A DNA stretch of 58,657 nt, counting the filler, from Sphacelaria rigidula (Eukaryota): NCBI GenBank assembly GCA_964200075.2. It is 7 parts of 7 records of this genome, joined end to end, with 100 filler letters (N's around TTAATTAATTAA, not from the genome) between each part and the next. Parts side by side here need not be neighbours in the genome. Positions count along the whole stretch, not along the records: positions 16,789 to 25,082 come from CAXNAA020011619.1; positions 25,183 to 33,476 come from CAXNAA020011620.1; positions 33,577 to 41,870 come from CAXNAA020011621.1; 4 more parts are not named here. The stretch is one strand, 5' to 3'. Of the stretch, positions 24,175 to 37,470 are shown piece by piece; the stretch's first letter is position 1; every line of letters begins with the position of its first letter. Under the pieces are notes generated by a model, which was given only the letters and a program-made list of their open reading frames with translations, did no database searches and was not told where the DNA came from. A program made the translations under genes and the position numbers.

Positions 24175-25082
24175 ACCTTTTGGGACCGGGCCTCCAGAAC
24201 GACCAATGAGGCTGGTCAGGAATGACGTATCTGGCGTCTGCACGAAACAGTGGCGTGTTGCTGAAAATCCGCGTATGTAACCGCAGGGTTATGACGAAGA
24301 CCGAAAAGTTTCATTCAATCTATTTTTAGGTGCAGGGTGCGTGCGCATTAGGTGGTGTACATCTGATATAGCAATCAGTATGGGTCGTGGTAGAGAGCTT
24401 CCAACAGGATGCGGCGACCGGCGGGTCGCCCGCCACTTGTGGCTTTGGATGATACTTTTGTCCACATCACCTCGCCACACAGCCCTTTGTGGTCGGGGTG
24501 TGCCGCCATTTTCCCCCTTGTTGCATGCGGCAAATTCTCTTTGAAGGGTATCAGCCTTGCGGAGTGCATTCATAGTACAGTACAGTACAGTACAGTGTAG
24601 TATGCCTCTCCGACTGAAGCAGCAGCTGCCGCTGTATGCTCCCTTGCACGTTCTGGGCAATTCTCAGCTACCGAAATCAGCTGCCTATATACAGCTTTGT
24701 CATCCCCGTCCACGTCATATATGTTAACTGCACACTGCAAGTCATTGGCAGAGGGATACGCAGAATTCATGGCGGTAGCTCATTTTGTCTTTCCACAGCC
24801 CACCTAGGCTTTGTGCCTCGTGAAAATGACCACATTGTGGCATGTACACTCCTTCCCGGTTATTTCCGGTCCACCCTGTGTTGGTGTAAATTACTACGTT
24901 TCAGTATATAATTAGGACCCAAAAAACACTCCGGAAAAACTCGGGAACGGTATACTGAGTGCAAGAATCAACATAAAACCAAGCTGCGACCACCCTGCAC
25001 TCGGAAACCTGGGGAGGCTTCTCTGGGCCAGGGATAGGGCCCCCACACGATCTATGCAGTGGCATCACACTCGACAACAATC
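24175..25082. mobile_element. piggyBac-type non-autonomous element, copy 1 (truncated at segment end)
   Basis: Begins TTAA|ACCTTTTGGGACCG and is the reverse-complement homologue of 42690-43363. Carries about 220 bp extra (about 24580-24800) relative to that copy. Confidence 0.75.
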
Positions 25083-25182
25083 NNNNNNNNNNNNNNNNNN
25101 NNNNNNNNNNNNNNNNNNNNNNNNNNTTAATTAATTAANNNNNNNNNNNNNNNNNNNNNNNNNNNNNNNNNNNNNNNNNNNN

Positions 25183-25250
25183 GCTGATTTTGTCTTCCTT
25201 TTCTAGCATTGTTCCTACTCGATCGTTCAGAATCTTACAGAACGTTTTGA
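25183..25250 (-). mobile_element. LINE reverse transcriptase fragment at segment edge
   Basis: KTFCKILNDRVGTMLEKEDKIS corresponds to the region between the YRxIxL and QxGFR motifs of non-LTR RTs. Confidence 0.65.
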
Positions 25251-26609
25251 ATAGACACTCCCTGAAGTCCCCATTTCAGAACGGGATAGCCGGATACCCA
25301 GAAGGGAAACGTATATATGCCCCGTCGACGGGGCCACGTGCAAAGGATTTTCACCCAACCCAACACAAAATCGAGTCGTACCTGCCCATCAGCTGAGCAC
25401 GTTGTGCGTGACCCTGCTCAAATCTGTTCAGAATTCAATGAGAAACGATGGTTCGTGTGAGACGCGCGCACAGCACACGCACACAAACGGTCAGCAACCA
25501 CAAGTTTTTGGTTGTATTTTGCCATGCACGCGGTCGCTATTCCCCTGATGATTGATGGATTGGGTGATGATTAATTTTGCTATAGAACAGATTTTGGTCA
25601 AACAAAGACTGCCGTGTGTAGATTAGCAAGTACTACCGCTGGTAAGTAATGCGCATGAGTGGTGGGTATCTGCGTGTTTTGTCGGGGCTCGATGCGTAGG
25701 TGTTGTGCTGCCTTGTTGCATATTGTCTGTAGCAGTACAGAGATGTTGGACTAACGACCACTTCCAAAACCGCCGCATTTCTGAATCTGTTTGAAGATCT
25801 GGTTTCGACCTGCACCCCACTGCTTTTCGATGAGACTCAACCTGGTCGTTTTGGGGGCAACTACGTTCCAAGAAGGGATTTTTAAGCACGGGATAACCCC
25901 CCTCGATAAGAATCCGCCTCAGGATTGACATGGTGAACTGCTGAACGTTAAGGGGTAATATCGTATCGTGTCGTCGACTGTTCGTAAACTCGCAACCTCA
26001 TTTCACACCACGGCCAGACAACGAGGTCACAGGTTATGTCTTCATCCATAGCGTTACTACACTTGCAATTTTTTTCTACATACGTACATACATACGTACA
26101 TGCATACGTACAGTCGACCCCGCTTTAAGGACACACATGTTTTTTTTTATGATGTTCATATCCGGGGGAAGTGTTATTACGATTCACGGGACCATAACTC
26201 ACCACTCCTCGGGGTTAATGGGGGCGTGCTATGGGCCAAATTCAGCGTCTTGGAGAGGGGCATCAGTGGGACATGAGAAAAGGCAGACAGCATGCTCGCC
26301 AAATCATGTTATTATGTTACTGAATATAGTAAAACCTATAACCAAGATGTTTCGTGAATTTCTTTTTCCTTCGTGAGTCTATGTGGCTTTTTCAGAACTC
26401 TTGTCAACTTCTGATCAGTCTACACATCTATGACTCCTTTGCGTTAGTGTCATACTATTGTGGTGCGCTTCATACAGGCGCTTGCCTCCGTGACGAGGTT
26501 ATGATTTTCACTACTTCAGCTACTGTATCAAATCTACTGCTGACGTGCGCATGCGGCGAGTTCTTCATTTTGCAGGGGGTTCCGCTGTTTGTATTCTATA
26601 CCCCCCCGT

Positions 26610-26805
26610 ACTCATGACCATGCATGCCATAGTCACAAGATCATTGACCTCGCATCCCTACAAAGCCGGAACGGAGCACGCCGGGTTTTCGCCGGACCAG
26701 GCATGCAAACTCATGATCATGCATGCCACAATGAGACCATTGACCTCGCATCCCTACAATGCCGGGGCTGAGCACGCCGGGTTTCCGCCGGACCAGGCTT
26801 GCACT
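26610..26805. repeat. Tandem duplication, two copies of about 98 bp
   Basis: ACTCATGA(C/T)CATGCATGCCA..CATTGACCTCGCATCCCTACAA..GAGCACGCCGGGTTT(T/C)CGCCGGACCAGGC occurs twice. Confidence 0.8.
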
Positions 26806-26836
26806 CAAACCACCAAGCGCGAAGCGCCGTTGTGTG

Positions 26837-29800
26837 TGTTGGAGTAATTGACTATCTTTGGAGAGGTGTACGACAAGGATCTACGATGTGGTGACTGACG
26901 TGACGTGTGGTGATATGATGGGGTACAGGTGTAGGGTGTTACACCGCATTTAGGCGTTCCGTTACATACGTGAAGTCTTGGCTTGGTGACAAAACGTATG
27001 TGGCTCACACATCATCTCACTTCATCCCACCACCGCAGTCAGGCTGGCTGACCTGCTTGAATAAACTATCTCAACAACTCTTCACGGGCGACCGAGCCAA
27101 CCAACATACTAGTATATCCCTACCGGTACGGCTTAACGCACGAAGACATGGCTACACGTGGGGACGCCCAACAACAGCAGTCTTCTGACTACGTTTCGGA
27201 GAGAGGAACGAAGTCCTCTATAACCGTAGGTCGCATTGCTCAAGTGGGGAGCACGATAGTGACGTTCGGTCGTCTGCTGGAGAAGATGACACAGCGGCTG
27301 GACAACATGCAGCTCAGAAACAACGGGGCGGGTGAAGCCGGGGGCGTCAGGAGCGGAGACGTCATCGTAAGCAGCGGCCCAGGAGGGCTGAGGAACGCAG
27401 CAACAAGTCAACCGCAACACACGAGGGGGCTGCAGGCAGCTGACCTTCGTGGCCATGGGGGAGGCAGTCAAGGCTCACATGGTTCGAGCCCGGGGGATGT
27501 CAAGGGGACATCAGGGGGCAGGGCCCCCCAACGTGAGTCTTCCTTTAGTGGTGGATATGTTTTCGGTGTTGATGGTGAAGGATTACAAAGCGGGGTGTGT
27601 TCAAGCCAGTTTGGGGTAACATACATAGTATGGAAACTTGGGGGCCGCGGCAGGCATATGGGAAGTTGGGAAGCTGGATAAAACCACAGCTCACCAGTGT
27701 ATTGCAGAACAGACAGGAAGGCTTTCTAAGATAATGTACTACGTTCTTGATGGTTGATCAGCAAGGGACTGTAGAGGGATGCTAGTAGCAGTCGACTGTC
27801 GTAGTAGTCAGGCTCTGCACAGTAGAGAGTAGGCTGTCGCAATGAAGACTCCGCAGTAAAAGAGGGCTTGTCTGCAGTAATCTGAACAGAACGGACTGAC
27901 ATAACCGGAGGAAGTACGTGGTATGCATTGCGGAGATTTCTCTCTCAGCTGGACGTGAAGTTTTCCAGGAGAAGAGGCGAGATACCCTGACCTGTGAAAT
28001 GCTGTTCTCTCCCGGCCGGACGGAGTTTACTGGGAGAAGGAATTCGTGTACTGACCCATGAGGTGCTATTTGCTGCGCGAAGTTTTCTCTCTCGGTAAAA
28101 AGGAGTCTTCCGAGAGACCTATGAATTGTTTATGTTTCGTTCATGTTGTGAAATGTGAAATGGTGGAGTGATATTGACTGTGGACGATTGAACGCATCGG
28201 AGTGTTGATTGCTTGCTTGTATGTATTCACGTTGCAGTCGGAAAAATTGTAGACTGTGAGTTGGACGCGCAAGAGTGTGTTAGAACCCACTAAAGTTGTT
28301 TTACTGAGGCACTCAAGAGTACAGCGATCGTTGAACGTTGACTGAAGTTTTTCACAGGTGTGCGGAATACTGTCGTGGAAACATGGCTCAGCAACGTAGA
28401 CACGTAAAATGTTACAGCGTAGGTACGTCGATCACAACGAGAGCTTTGCAGCGAAAAACATGTGCACAGGAATGATTCCGAAAATGACCGTAGGAGGTTG
28501 CATCAAAAACAGTGAAGAACGATATGCGATAAATTTCGATCATGATGTCAAGTGGTGGCCGGAAAAACTGCCAAGGGAGTAAAGTAATGGGATTATTTTG
28601 TTTTGGTGAGAGCACCGGTAGAGTACGTTGGACTGTGACTGAGGGAAGGTCGAGAGTGCTGGAACACAGATTTTCTTCTGAACAAATGTGCAAGCAGTTG
28701 AGTTGTGGACTGTTGTAGCGTAACAAAATTGGTTCGGCTGACTGTAGTTGATCAACTGCAGGAACAAAACGCCAAGAGAGTACGGTGATCGGTAAACGTT
28801 GACTGAAAATATATCCCAAGGCCAGTGATTTGAAATTATGACTGCTGAAAAACGAACGCGAAGGGGTACGGTGATTGATTATTTTCGATTAACTGCTGTA
28901 GTAACGAACGTAAAGTGCAGGACATAATGAAATTCAGTGAACCGCTGAAGCGAAAATAATATTGGGTCAGCAACGTGAACATGAGGAAGGGCTGTAGCGT
29001 GGGAGAGCCTGAAATACCATGATGTATAAGCGCTGCAAAAGATGAGAACAGTACATGATTCCGGATAATTGCTGTAGGAGTGCACCCCAGGTAGAGAAAT
29101 GAAACGACATGCGCTGCCTTTCAATCATGGAGTTGAGTAACGGCCGGTAAATTGCCAAAAGTACAGTACGAGGAAATATTAATTCAAGGAGTCGCTTGTT
29201 TCGATGGAAGGAAATAGTGACTGGGTGAAGATGCAAAGGTGGATGACGGATGACGAGAGATGTGTTGTCGGTAGAATGGAATATGAAGAGACGTAAACTT
29301 GAGGCTGACAAACATATTTTTCCTGGTCCCTCCTCATGCCCCTTTCGAGCCTACACTTCCGAGTGAGGTGTCGAACCCCAAACTGCCTGACCGACCCAGG
29401 TGCTGTCAACGGAAATGGGACATGCACGAGGCGGCAGTGGTTTTGGGGCGAACGGTTACCGAAGATCATGCACTACCCCCGGCTGCGACGGTATTCTCTT
29501 CAGTGGAGCATACTGAACGGGGGGAATTTCGCTCGTGAATGCAGGAACCCTTTCCCGTGCGTTGGAGGCAAGGCGTGATGCAAGCAGGGAAAGGGAGGGG
29601 GGTGGCGGGGAAGTTGACGTGCATTGAGTATGCCTTCGAAGGCATTGAGCGGTACTGCTCAGCCGATCACCGGAGGAAAGGGTTTGGACTGAAGATTTGA
29701 AAGCGAACGGAATGTTACGCTATGCTATTATGCCCCTCCCTTGTTTTAAGAAACGAATAGGGGGGGGGGGGGGGTTCACTGTGTAGACAGAAGCGGAGTT

Positions 29801-30844
29801 GACTGCGTAGATAGTAGCGGTGTTGATTGCGTAGACAGCAGCGGTGTTGACTGTGGTGAAGTATGCATGGCAGGGGGGAAAATCGCATCGGTTGCAATAC
29901 AGTAGGATTCTGATGTGGGTATAGTAAAAACAGTAGGACATGATACGGGGTGCAGAAAAACTGAATAATTTTGTTCTGTTCTGAGTTTTCTGCTACCGTC
30001 TGACGTAATGTGAAAATACCACAGATGCATGCTGGTTGTTTTTCATTCATTCTAATGAAGAAATTTCACTACGGGTTGGAATGAAAGTTCGATGGCCCAT
30101 CTGTACGTGGAAATAGCATTGCATTCTTGTTCTTGGATGAGAGATTGGATCTTGGAAGTGAATATGAGAGTGCAGGATGTTTCACGATTGTTTTTGGATC
30201 GGGAGCAGGGGCGGACCTCTTCTCCTGATACTTCCGCTTGGTATTGAATCAGCGGACGCTCACCTCTGATGCCTTGAGGGACTCGGTACGTGCCTTCAGA
30301 GGGTTCGAGCTGTGTTTTTATCTCCCCAGCCGGGTTAGGTTGGGTTGAGATGGTATGTGTTCAGTTGCTTATTTCCCCAACTGGGTCGAGACTGTCTGTT
30401 GAGTAGGAGAGTATGCGAGTGATTTGTTTTTGCGTTCAATTGTTCCGAGTTTATACGCGTGAGTAAGGGGAGGAAAAGATCCCTTTTTGCATGGGCAAAA
30501 TTATTCCATGATTTGCTCATGATATATTGAGTCCAGAGATTACAGATTAGGGGGGGTGTTGGAGTAATTGAGTATCTTTGAAGAATTGAGTATCTTCGGA
30601 GAGGTGTACGACAAGGATCTACGATGCAGTGACTGACGTGACGTGTGGTGATATGATGGGGTACAGGTGTAGGGTGTTACACCGCATTTAGGCGTTCCGT
30701 TACATACGTGAAGTCTTGGCTTGGTGACAAAAGGTATGTGGCTCGCACATCATCTCACTTCATCCCACCACCGCAGTCAGGCTGGCTGACCCGCTTTGAT
30801 AAACTATCTCAACAACTCTTCACGGGCAACCAAGCCAACCAACA
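26837..30844 (+). mobile_element. Full-length non-autonomous LTR retrotransposon (LARD-like), 4008 bp
   Basis: 5' LTR 26837-27106 and 3' LTR 30557-30844 (TG..CA; about 10 substitutions by eye plus an 18-bp duplication in the 3' LTR). 5-bp TSD GTGTG on both sides, G-rich PPT before 30557, short gag-like ORF 27148-27681. No recognisable RT or integrase. Confidence 0.92.
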
Positions 30845-33576
30845 GTGTGTTCGGCGAGTCGTATGAAGGGTGAGCTGCATCCTGCTAAGATTGTTCGGCC
30901 NNNNNNNNNNCCAACAATGAGTTGCTTTATTATGTGGTATCACCGCTTCCAGAGACAGCCACGGCTTTTACACTGCCTCTCATGCACTGCTACTATACAC
31001 TGTTCTGATCTGAAGTGAGAGCGGCGTCTTGACCTCGTACATTGTGGTGACAAGCAACGATATGGTCCGGTTGATTCCTCTTCGAGGCCAGACCAACCCT
31101 ACTGACAGTTGTCTCCATCTGAAGCGGTAAAATACTGCCCGCTTACGGATTGACTGCGAGAAGTCAGGGTGTATCGATACATCCACCTTCCCCAAAACCA
31201 GAGTCAGCGCCGTAAGCCAGGGGTATATAACCCGAAAAATCTTTCTATCGGCACAGGGGCTGAACCCAGTTAATTCTGGCTTCCGCAAACATTCAGTCAA
31301 CTCTTCTATTAATAGAGACACATGAGTGTCTGTTCGGAGGTGGGGGATGGTGCCTTTCCTTTCGCGCGATGAACTCCAAATGTAAATTTATCATGTTTCA
31401 TTCACCCGCAGTTCGGGGTGCAGTACCGTTGGAGAAGCGAAGGTGTAAAATTGCCTGGCTAGGGTACATGCGTACGCGCTGGTGGGTGATAATACTTCCC
31501 GTCTCAACACGTACGTTGACCGGACCTCGCTCACAGAATTGACGAGAATGGTCTTATTATACCTATTTATCCTCGACCCACAAACCGGCCGCCCACAGGA
31601 AAGCTTGACGTGACGGTACAGCACACGCTCGGCTTCATTTTCGAGGTGCGCGCCTGCGTGTCACGGACGATAACATACAAGAAACTTTGCACTCACCCAC
31701 ATCATGCGTCACCATCCACCTCTGCTTGTAATCCTCCACCATAGTTTTCTGGTTCTGCGCGTTCCCGGGCGGCGCAAGCCCAGAGGAGGGGGTAGGCTGC
31801 ACCAAGTGGCAAGTTTGTGCTCGATGAGGACAGTCGTGGTGAGAAAGACAAAAGCCTGTTCAGACCTGCGGCCGGAGCTTGAATGTAATGCGGCATTATT
31901 GTAATCTTTACTATTGTTTGACCGTCGTATTAGCCTGTCTACTCAGTTCCGTGATCGGAAGAGAGAAGAAGATTCTTGTCTACCGCCGGCCTGCTCTTCG
32001 GCTTCATGCACGACGAGTACGCAGTGCCACACTCATGCAGAAAATGACCGTCTGTGTACAGAACCGTTTCGCAAATGTGTGGTACTGTACTGTCTGTACC
32101 ATAAAACGGTCACCCCGATTTTGAGTCCACGAATTTGAGTTCCCCCGATTTTTTTCAATCGGGGTCCCGAAAAAACGAGATTCGCATGAATAACATGGCA
32201 TCAGTTCACCACAGCACCATACCGTCGCACCTCGTTCTTCCTGGTATATCACAACGAGAGTCCGTTCAGTATTGGAAGAAGCGCGGCGGTCGCGTGCGTG
32301 TTGTTTCACAACCGAAAACTTGCCGGTGCTGTCCCTCTCGCAAGCTGCGATTGCTCGCCTCCTGAACTATAGGTCGGCAGGCGACCCCCGCAGCCAATCG
32401 CAGCTTACTGAGGCCGTTCATTGGTCCATTCAAATTTAGATCCAATCGAAACAGCACTGATTTCGCCGACTGTTGCTCCGAGACCATATCTACGACGCCA
32501 TGCACATGGTCGCAGCCGCGCCCTATTCTTCGTCGTTGTGCATGTACGGCATAGTGCAATACATACAATTCTGCGGGAAGTTTTTGATATAGCTGCTATG
32601 CCTGTAGGTGTGATACGGTTCCTTCACATACCGCGTCTCCGGCAGCTCTAGGATAACGCGTGTTTCTTTCTTGTAATCCCTTCCGTGTCGACCGTAGTCG
32701 TGTACGAAACCGGCGTGTGGTACACCTGCTGCTACATTTCTTGTCCAACATACATAACTGTGAAGCGTTTACACTACAACAATAGTCAGCTGATCTCCCT
32801 CTGCCGCCGCTGTGGTTTCAAGACGCCATATCAACTCAGCTTGATGGCGCTGCGATGCAAACCTTGCGAGAGCCAGTTATACTGCCGACATTACGGTCTC
32901 GGGTGCTCGATGCGCGAGACAGGTGCTCGAGTGTGGTGTCTGGAGCCTTTTCCTACTTCACCGAAGCATTCTTGCTGGGATGGCCGGTGACATCCTTGAT
33001 GTTGACCGTTGGAGTGTACTGTGCCGTGATTGTTTGTGGTTTGCCACGGATAAATGTGAGTCGGACCTTGCGTCGTCGGCTGCGGCGTCGTCCTCACTTC
33101 AGTACTCGCTGTTCGTGCGGTATCTACACTGTTGCTGCGACTGCTTACCAGTCTGCGTATGAATTACACGAAGCCATCATTTTACAAGTTATTCTGTGGA
33201 CTAGGGTGCTTCGTGGTAGATAGTACGTACACCTTCTCGACCAGGCACTGCAGCACTACACGGTATGCGTATTTCGAGCACGAGCGCTACAAGTAATACA
33301 GCAGGTGCCGATGGGTCATCGCACAAGAAGCATATATATATATATATATATATATATTGCCTGTGTTTTGACGCACCGATTTACAAATAACTCTTGCTGT
33401 TATTCTCGGACAAACATGAGGAGTCATCCTACGATAGGGGGGGGGGGTATTTGGTTGCACGAAAAAAGAGGCTCAGNNNNNNNNNNNNNNNNNNNNNNNN
33501 NNNNNNNNNNNNNNNNNNNNTTAATTAATTAANNNNNNNNNNNNNNNNNNNNNNNNNNNNNNNNNNNNNNNNNNNN

Positions 33577-33755
33577 AAAAAGGCAAGCACCGCAGAAGGA
33601 AGGTGGGGTACTAAAAACAAATAAAAAAGAAAATACTCCTGTGTTGACCTTCCTCCTGTGTTACCCCGGTTGATGCGCCCACATATACCAAAAGGTGTAG
33701 ACTGACTGGCGTTCAGAAAAAATGGGACGACAACACACACAACACACACACACAA
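33577..33755 (+). mobile_element. tRNA-derived SINE, 3' part
   Basis: AAGGCAAGCACCGCAGAAGGAAGGTGGGGTAC..CCCACATATACC..GGGACGACAACACACAC, homologous to 57801-58166. Confidence 0.8.
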
Positions 33756-35832
33756 CTGTCCTGAAAACGCTCTTCCTCTGAGGATTCTCTGATCGGAAAA
33801 GGGCATATAATTATTTCCCAGTGTATATAGCAAGCTTTCCCGACATGACACAATATGGTGCACTGGACAGCTTATCGACTATACCGTCTGTCCTTTTCGT
33901 TGAACCTCGCAAGTATTATCTATGATAAATTTTACCGACAAACGGGAACAACGTCAATATGTGATCAAAAATCATTCATATAAAAACAGTAAAGAATTTA
34001 CAGGGATGATGGGTATAAAAATCTGGCTGCGAGAGATTCGCTTTTCAGCTGCAACGTACTTCATGAGACTCTGCTCACACCAACAGCGCCAGTAATATGA
34101 CATTGATACGGAGCGAGGCTATAGGACATGGACCGTTGTTCTCTATAGAATGTCCCATGAAGGTGAGCGTTGATGTACGGTACTGCGCTTCCCTGTATCT
34201 CATGACCGTTGGACCGTTGTCTTCACCGGTTCAGCTTGCACTGACTGTTGTGAATTATCTGCTTCAATCGTCGTTATATTTCCATTGTTTTTTAGATGAA
34301 GCAGAATAATCACGCTGTCGTCGCTGCTGCGGCTGCTGCCTCTGCTTTCCGTTGTCCATAGAAGTCAAATGGCACAGCCGCGTGGCTCGTAACCTGGCCC
34401 CTAATTGGACCGTTTAGATGCTGGGGTACACGCCAATCTCACGCGAAAAGTCGAGAATACTGTCACGCTGGTCACAGCGATGTCGTACCCGTGAGCCGCG
34501 TTCGGCAAAATTTGGAGGGTATTTCCTGTCTCGAGTGATTGAAGATTATGGGCAATCAGCGTAGCGAAGATTTTTGGGGACCTCACGCAAATGCCATCCG
34601 CGCTGAGCTGCATGTAGCGTGCGCTGCTCAGGCTATATTTAGGTTCCACTGCCAGGGTCTGGTCGGCAGAGATGGCGGAAATCGGCAGAAAGTAACGGTC
34701 TTTCCCTTTAGTCCTAGTCCTCAATAAATCACTCAATGTATAGCCCCTCTCACTGATTGTTGCCCGCTGAGGTACTGACGGTGACATGAAATTGAAAATT
34801 GAAACTGCCGCGTGCTGTGGTTCGCTTGAACTGACCGCAGTCACGTAAAGATCCGGGACATGACACGTCCAGGATCGCCACGAGGGTAAGAAATCCAGAG
34901 TTAGGACTGACCCACTTATAGGATTGCCCAGCTCGTACTGACTAAGTTCAAACATATACTACCCGCCCACTTCAGCCGACTCGGTGCGTCCGGCCGTCTG
35001 TTCGAAGTACGGCTGACGTGTGGCCACGAGACTCTTCTCTGGCTTCTTACTATGCTCAGCAAGTGGGTGGCAAGCTGTGCTGACTGTTACGTTTATTTAA
35101 AGAAATGAAAAAATTACCCCATACTACTTGTGTACGTAGCACCCGCGGTTGAATCAACCACCGCAGAAAAGATGTGTTCAAAGAGTGAACAGCAGTGACC
35201 CGTCCGCTCAGGAGCAGTTACAACAACAGCAGTCAGATATTATACAGTACAGATAGTACAGAGAGTACTCAAGATTCCACGTACTTCATGTTGACAGTAG
35301 CAGATCACCGTCGAATATACCGAGAACCTCGAGTTCGAGTTATGGTACCTCCAGTACTTGTCTAGTATGAAAAGATATCATGAACCCAGTACGTACCGTA
35401 CAGCGTAGCAACGTTGACACCGCGGGCACCACAAAAGCTTCAGTTGAAGGCCCCGTCAGTCAATGTACTCACTCTATCAGCTTCCATAAGATGCTCAGAA
35501 GCTCAAACCATTTCATTCTGCCGATCAGCGACGAGTCGCTTCTAATGTTCAACATACCCGATCGTGCTGTATGCCGCATGCCGCAGCACCTGTGGGATCA
35601 AACGGACAACTGCGCCTACCGGATGCCCCAAGAGGCACAAAATAGCGAAATCGTGGCGATAACAAGAACTGAGAGGGCAACGACAATTGCTACAATCACG
35701 AACAAGTCCATCCCAGGCATGGCGAAATCGGAAGGCAGTCAAGTGACGCCGTCCAGCCCTCCTAAACGCACGCGTGGTGAGTTGTGTTGTGGGCTTCTCT
35801 ATTCTTTTCCCCCCGTTCTATACTCGTATATA

Positions 35833-36163
35833 CGAAACCTTGTGACGGTTGGGTCGTGGGTTCAATTCTCGGGGCGATCTGGGATTTTTTCTCACACCAT
35901 GCCCAACAGTGGAGAGCGACAATGTCGTGGGTACACAAAATTCGATTTAACGGTTGACGAGGGAAAGGGGCTGCTGAATCCCTCTGGCGATAAAAAAACG
36001 TAAAAGGCGAGCACCGCAGAAGGAAGGTGGGGTACCAACAACAAATAAAAAAGAAAAAAAAAACTATCTTGACCTTCCTCCTGTATGACCCCGGCTGATG
36101 CGCCCACATATACCGAAAGGTATTGACCGGCGCCCAGAATAGAGGGGACGACAACACACACAT
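35833..36163 (+). mobile_element. tRNA-derived SINE, slightly 5'-truncated
   Basis: B-box-like GTGGGTTCAATTC, conserved body, and GACGACAACACACACA tail. Confidence 0.85.
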
Positions 36164-37106
36164 TGTCCATACCAAATTTCAGGGCTCAACTCTAAATATT
36201 GGCCGGCTAATGGGCCTGCATGCTATAGATTCGCTTCTCGGCTGGCCCGGCTCGTACAGTGCTACAGTATACTACAGCAGTTTTGTGGCCGTCGGAGTTG
36301 GGCAACATGAACGTGTATCCCTGCTGTCCTGGGAGCTTCGTCACATCATGGAAACCTAGTGAAATACAGTAGTATGAGTGATATATGCAATGAGCCAAAC
36401 ATGCTTTTTTACAACCGCTCAGACAAAAAAAAATCAGCATATCTCTGTGGTTCTCCATGCTAAGTTTCAAATCACAATTCCAAAGATTGAGCCGAAAAAT
36501 TGAGAAAAAGCCCACAGGCGATGTTCGTTTCTCCTCAGAACTCCTCTAAAAACACGAAAAAAAACAAGCGAAAAAAACAAGCGAAAAAAATATTTAACAA
36601 AGCTGATTTTCTTTTCATTATTATGCACTAGTGGTTCTCCACACGAAGTTTCATAGCACAACTCTCAAAACCTGAGACGCGATATCCACATGTACAATAG
36701 GGGACCTAGTGCCTCTGCTCGTGATATATTTACTTTAGTATGGAACCTCATGTGCGCCATATCTCGAGATGGATAATAAATTAGGTTCGTGCTCCAGGGA
36801 AGGTCTCCACCAAAAATCGTCATAATCCGCTCAATGTATCGTTAGGGTTTGAAATAGATTTTGTTTGGGCGCTATACTGCACGGTATAGGACTTACCAAA
36901 AATGGGGTTTAATCAACGAGAAAATATTGGCTCAGAATTTTGAGTAGATGGGCACCTTCCCCTTGATAAGACGATTAATACGATATGTGAACCACGGCCC
37001 AACTCGTCTGTGTCGATGAGATATTGCTTTGAGAGCTTAAACCCTTGTCTAGGCTGAACCAGCTCGTAACAACAACAACAACAACAATAACAATAACAAT
37101 AACAAC

Positions 37107-37470
37107 ATTGTGTGTGTTGTCATCACATCTATTGTGCACGCCAGTCTACACCTCTCGGTATATGTGGGCGCATCACCCCGGGGTCACACACGAGGAAGGC
37201 CAAAACAGGAGTTTCCCCCTCTTTATTTTGTTCTAGTATCACACCTTTCTTCTGCGGTGCCTGCCTTGTTTTTTATCGCGAGAGGGGTTCAGCAGTCCCT
37301 CTCCCCCGTTGATCGTGAAGTCGCATGTCATGTACCCACGACATGGTCGCTCTCCACTGTTGGGCATGGTATGAGAAAAAGTCCCTGATCGTGTGACTAA
37401 ACCAAGATTCGAACTCACGACCAAACCGTCAGAGGGTTTTCAGTTCATCAACTGAGCCACCGGGGCGACC
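37107..37470 (-). mobile_element. tRNA-derived SINE, full length, within an AAC/AAT microsatellite
   Basis: The reverse complement starts GGTCGCCCCGGTGGCTCAGTTG..GAGTTCGAATC and ends GACAACACACACAA. Confidence 0.85.

Noticed and set aside
30980..31900. Minus-strand coding-like fragments with splice-like signals
   Set aside because: No consistent reading frame or identifiable family. Probably a decayed gene or transposon, and not supportable.
35380..36003. 207-aa ORF
   Set aside because: The 3' third is SINE sequence. The 5' part could be an exon ending at GTGAGT (about 35777), but no partner exons or homology were evident.
36090..36135. Hammerhead ribozyme in the SINE 3' end (CTGATG..GAAA)
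   Set aside because: The core reads CTGATGC rather than CTGANGA, stem II cannot form, and GAAA is the loop of a small hairpin.
36180..37047. hAT-like element (CAGGGCTCAACTCT ... AGAGCTTAAACCCTTG)
   Set aside because: The terminal match is weak and no TSD was found.
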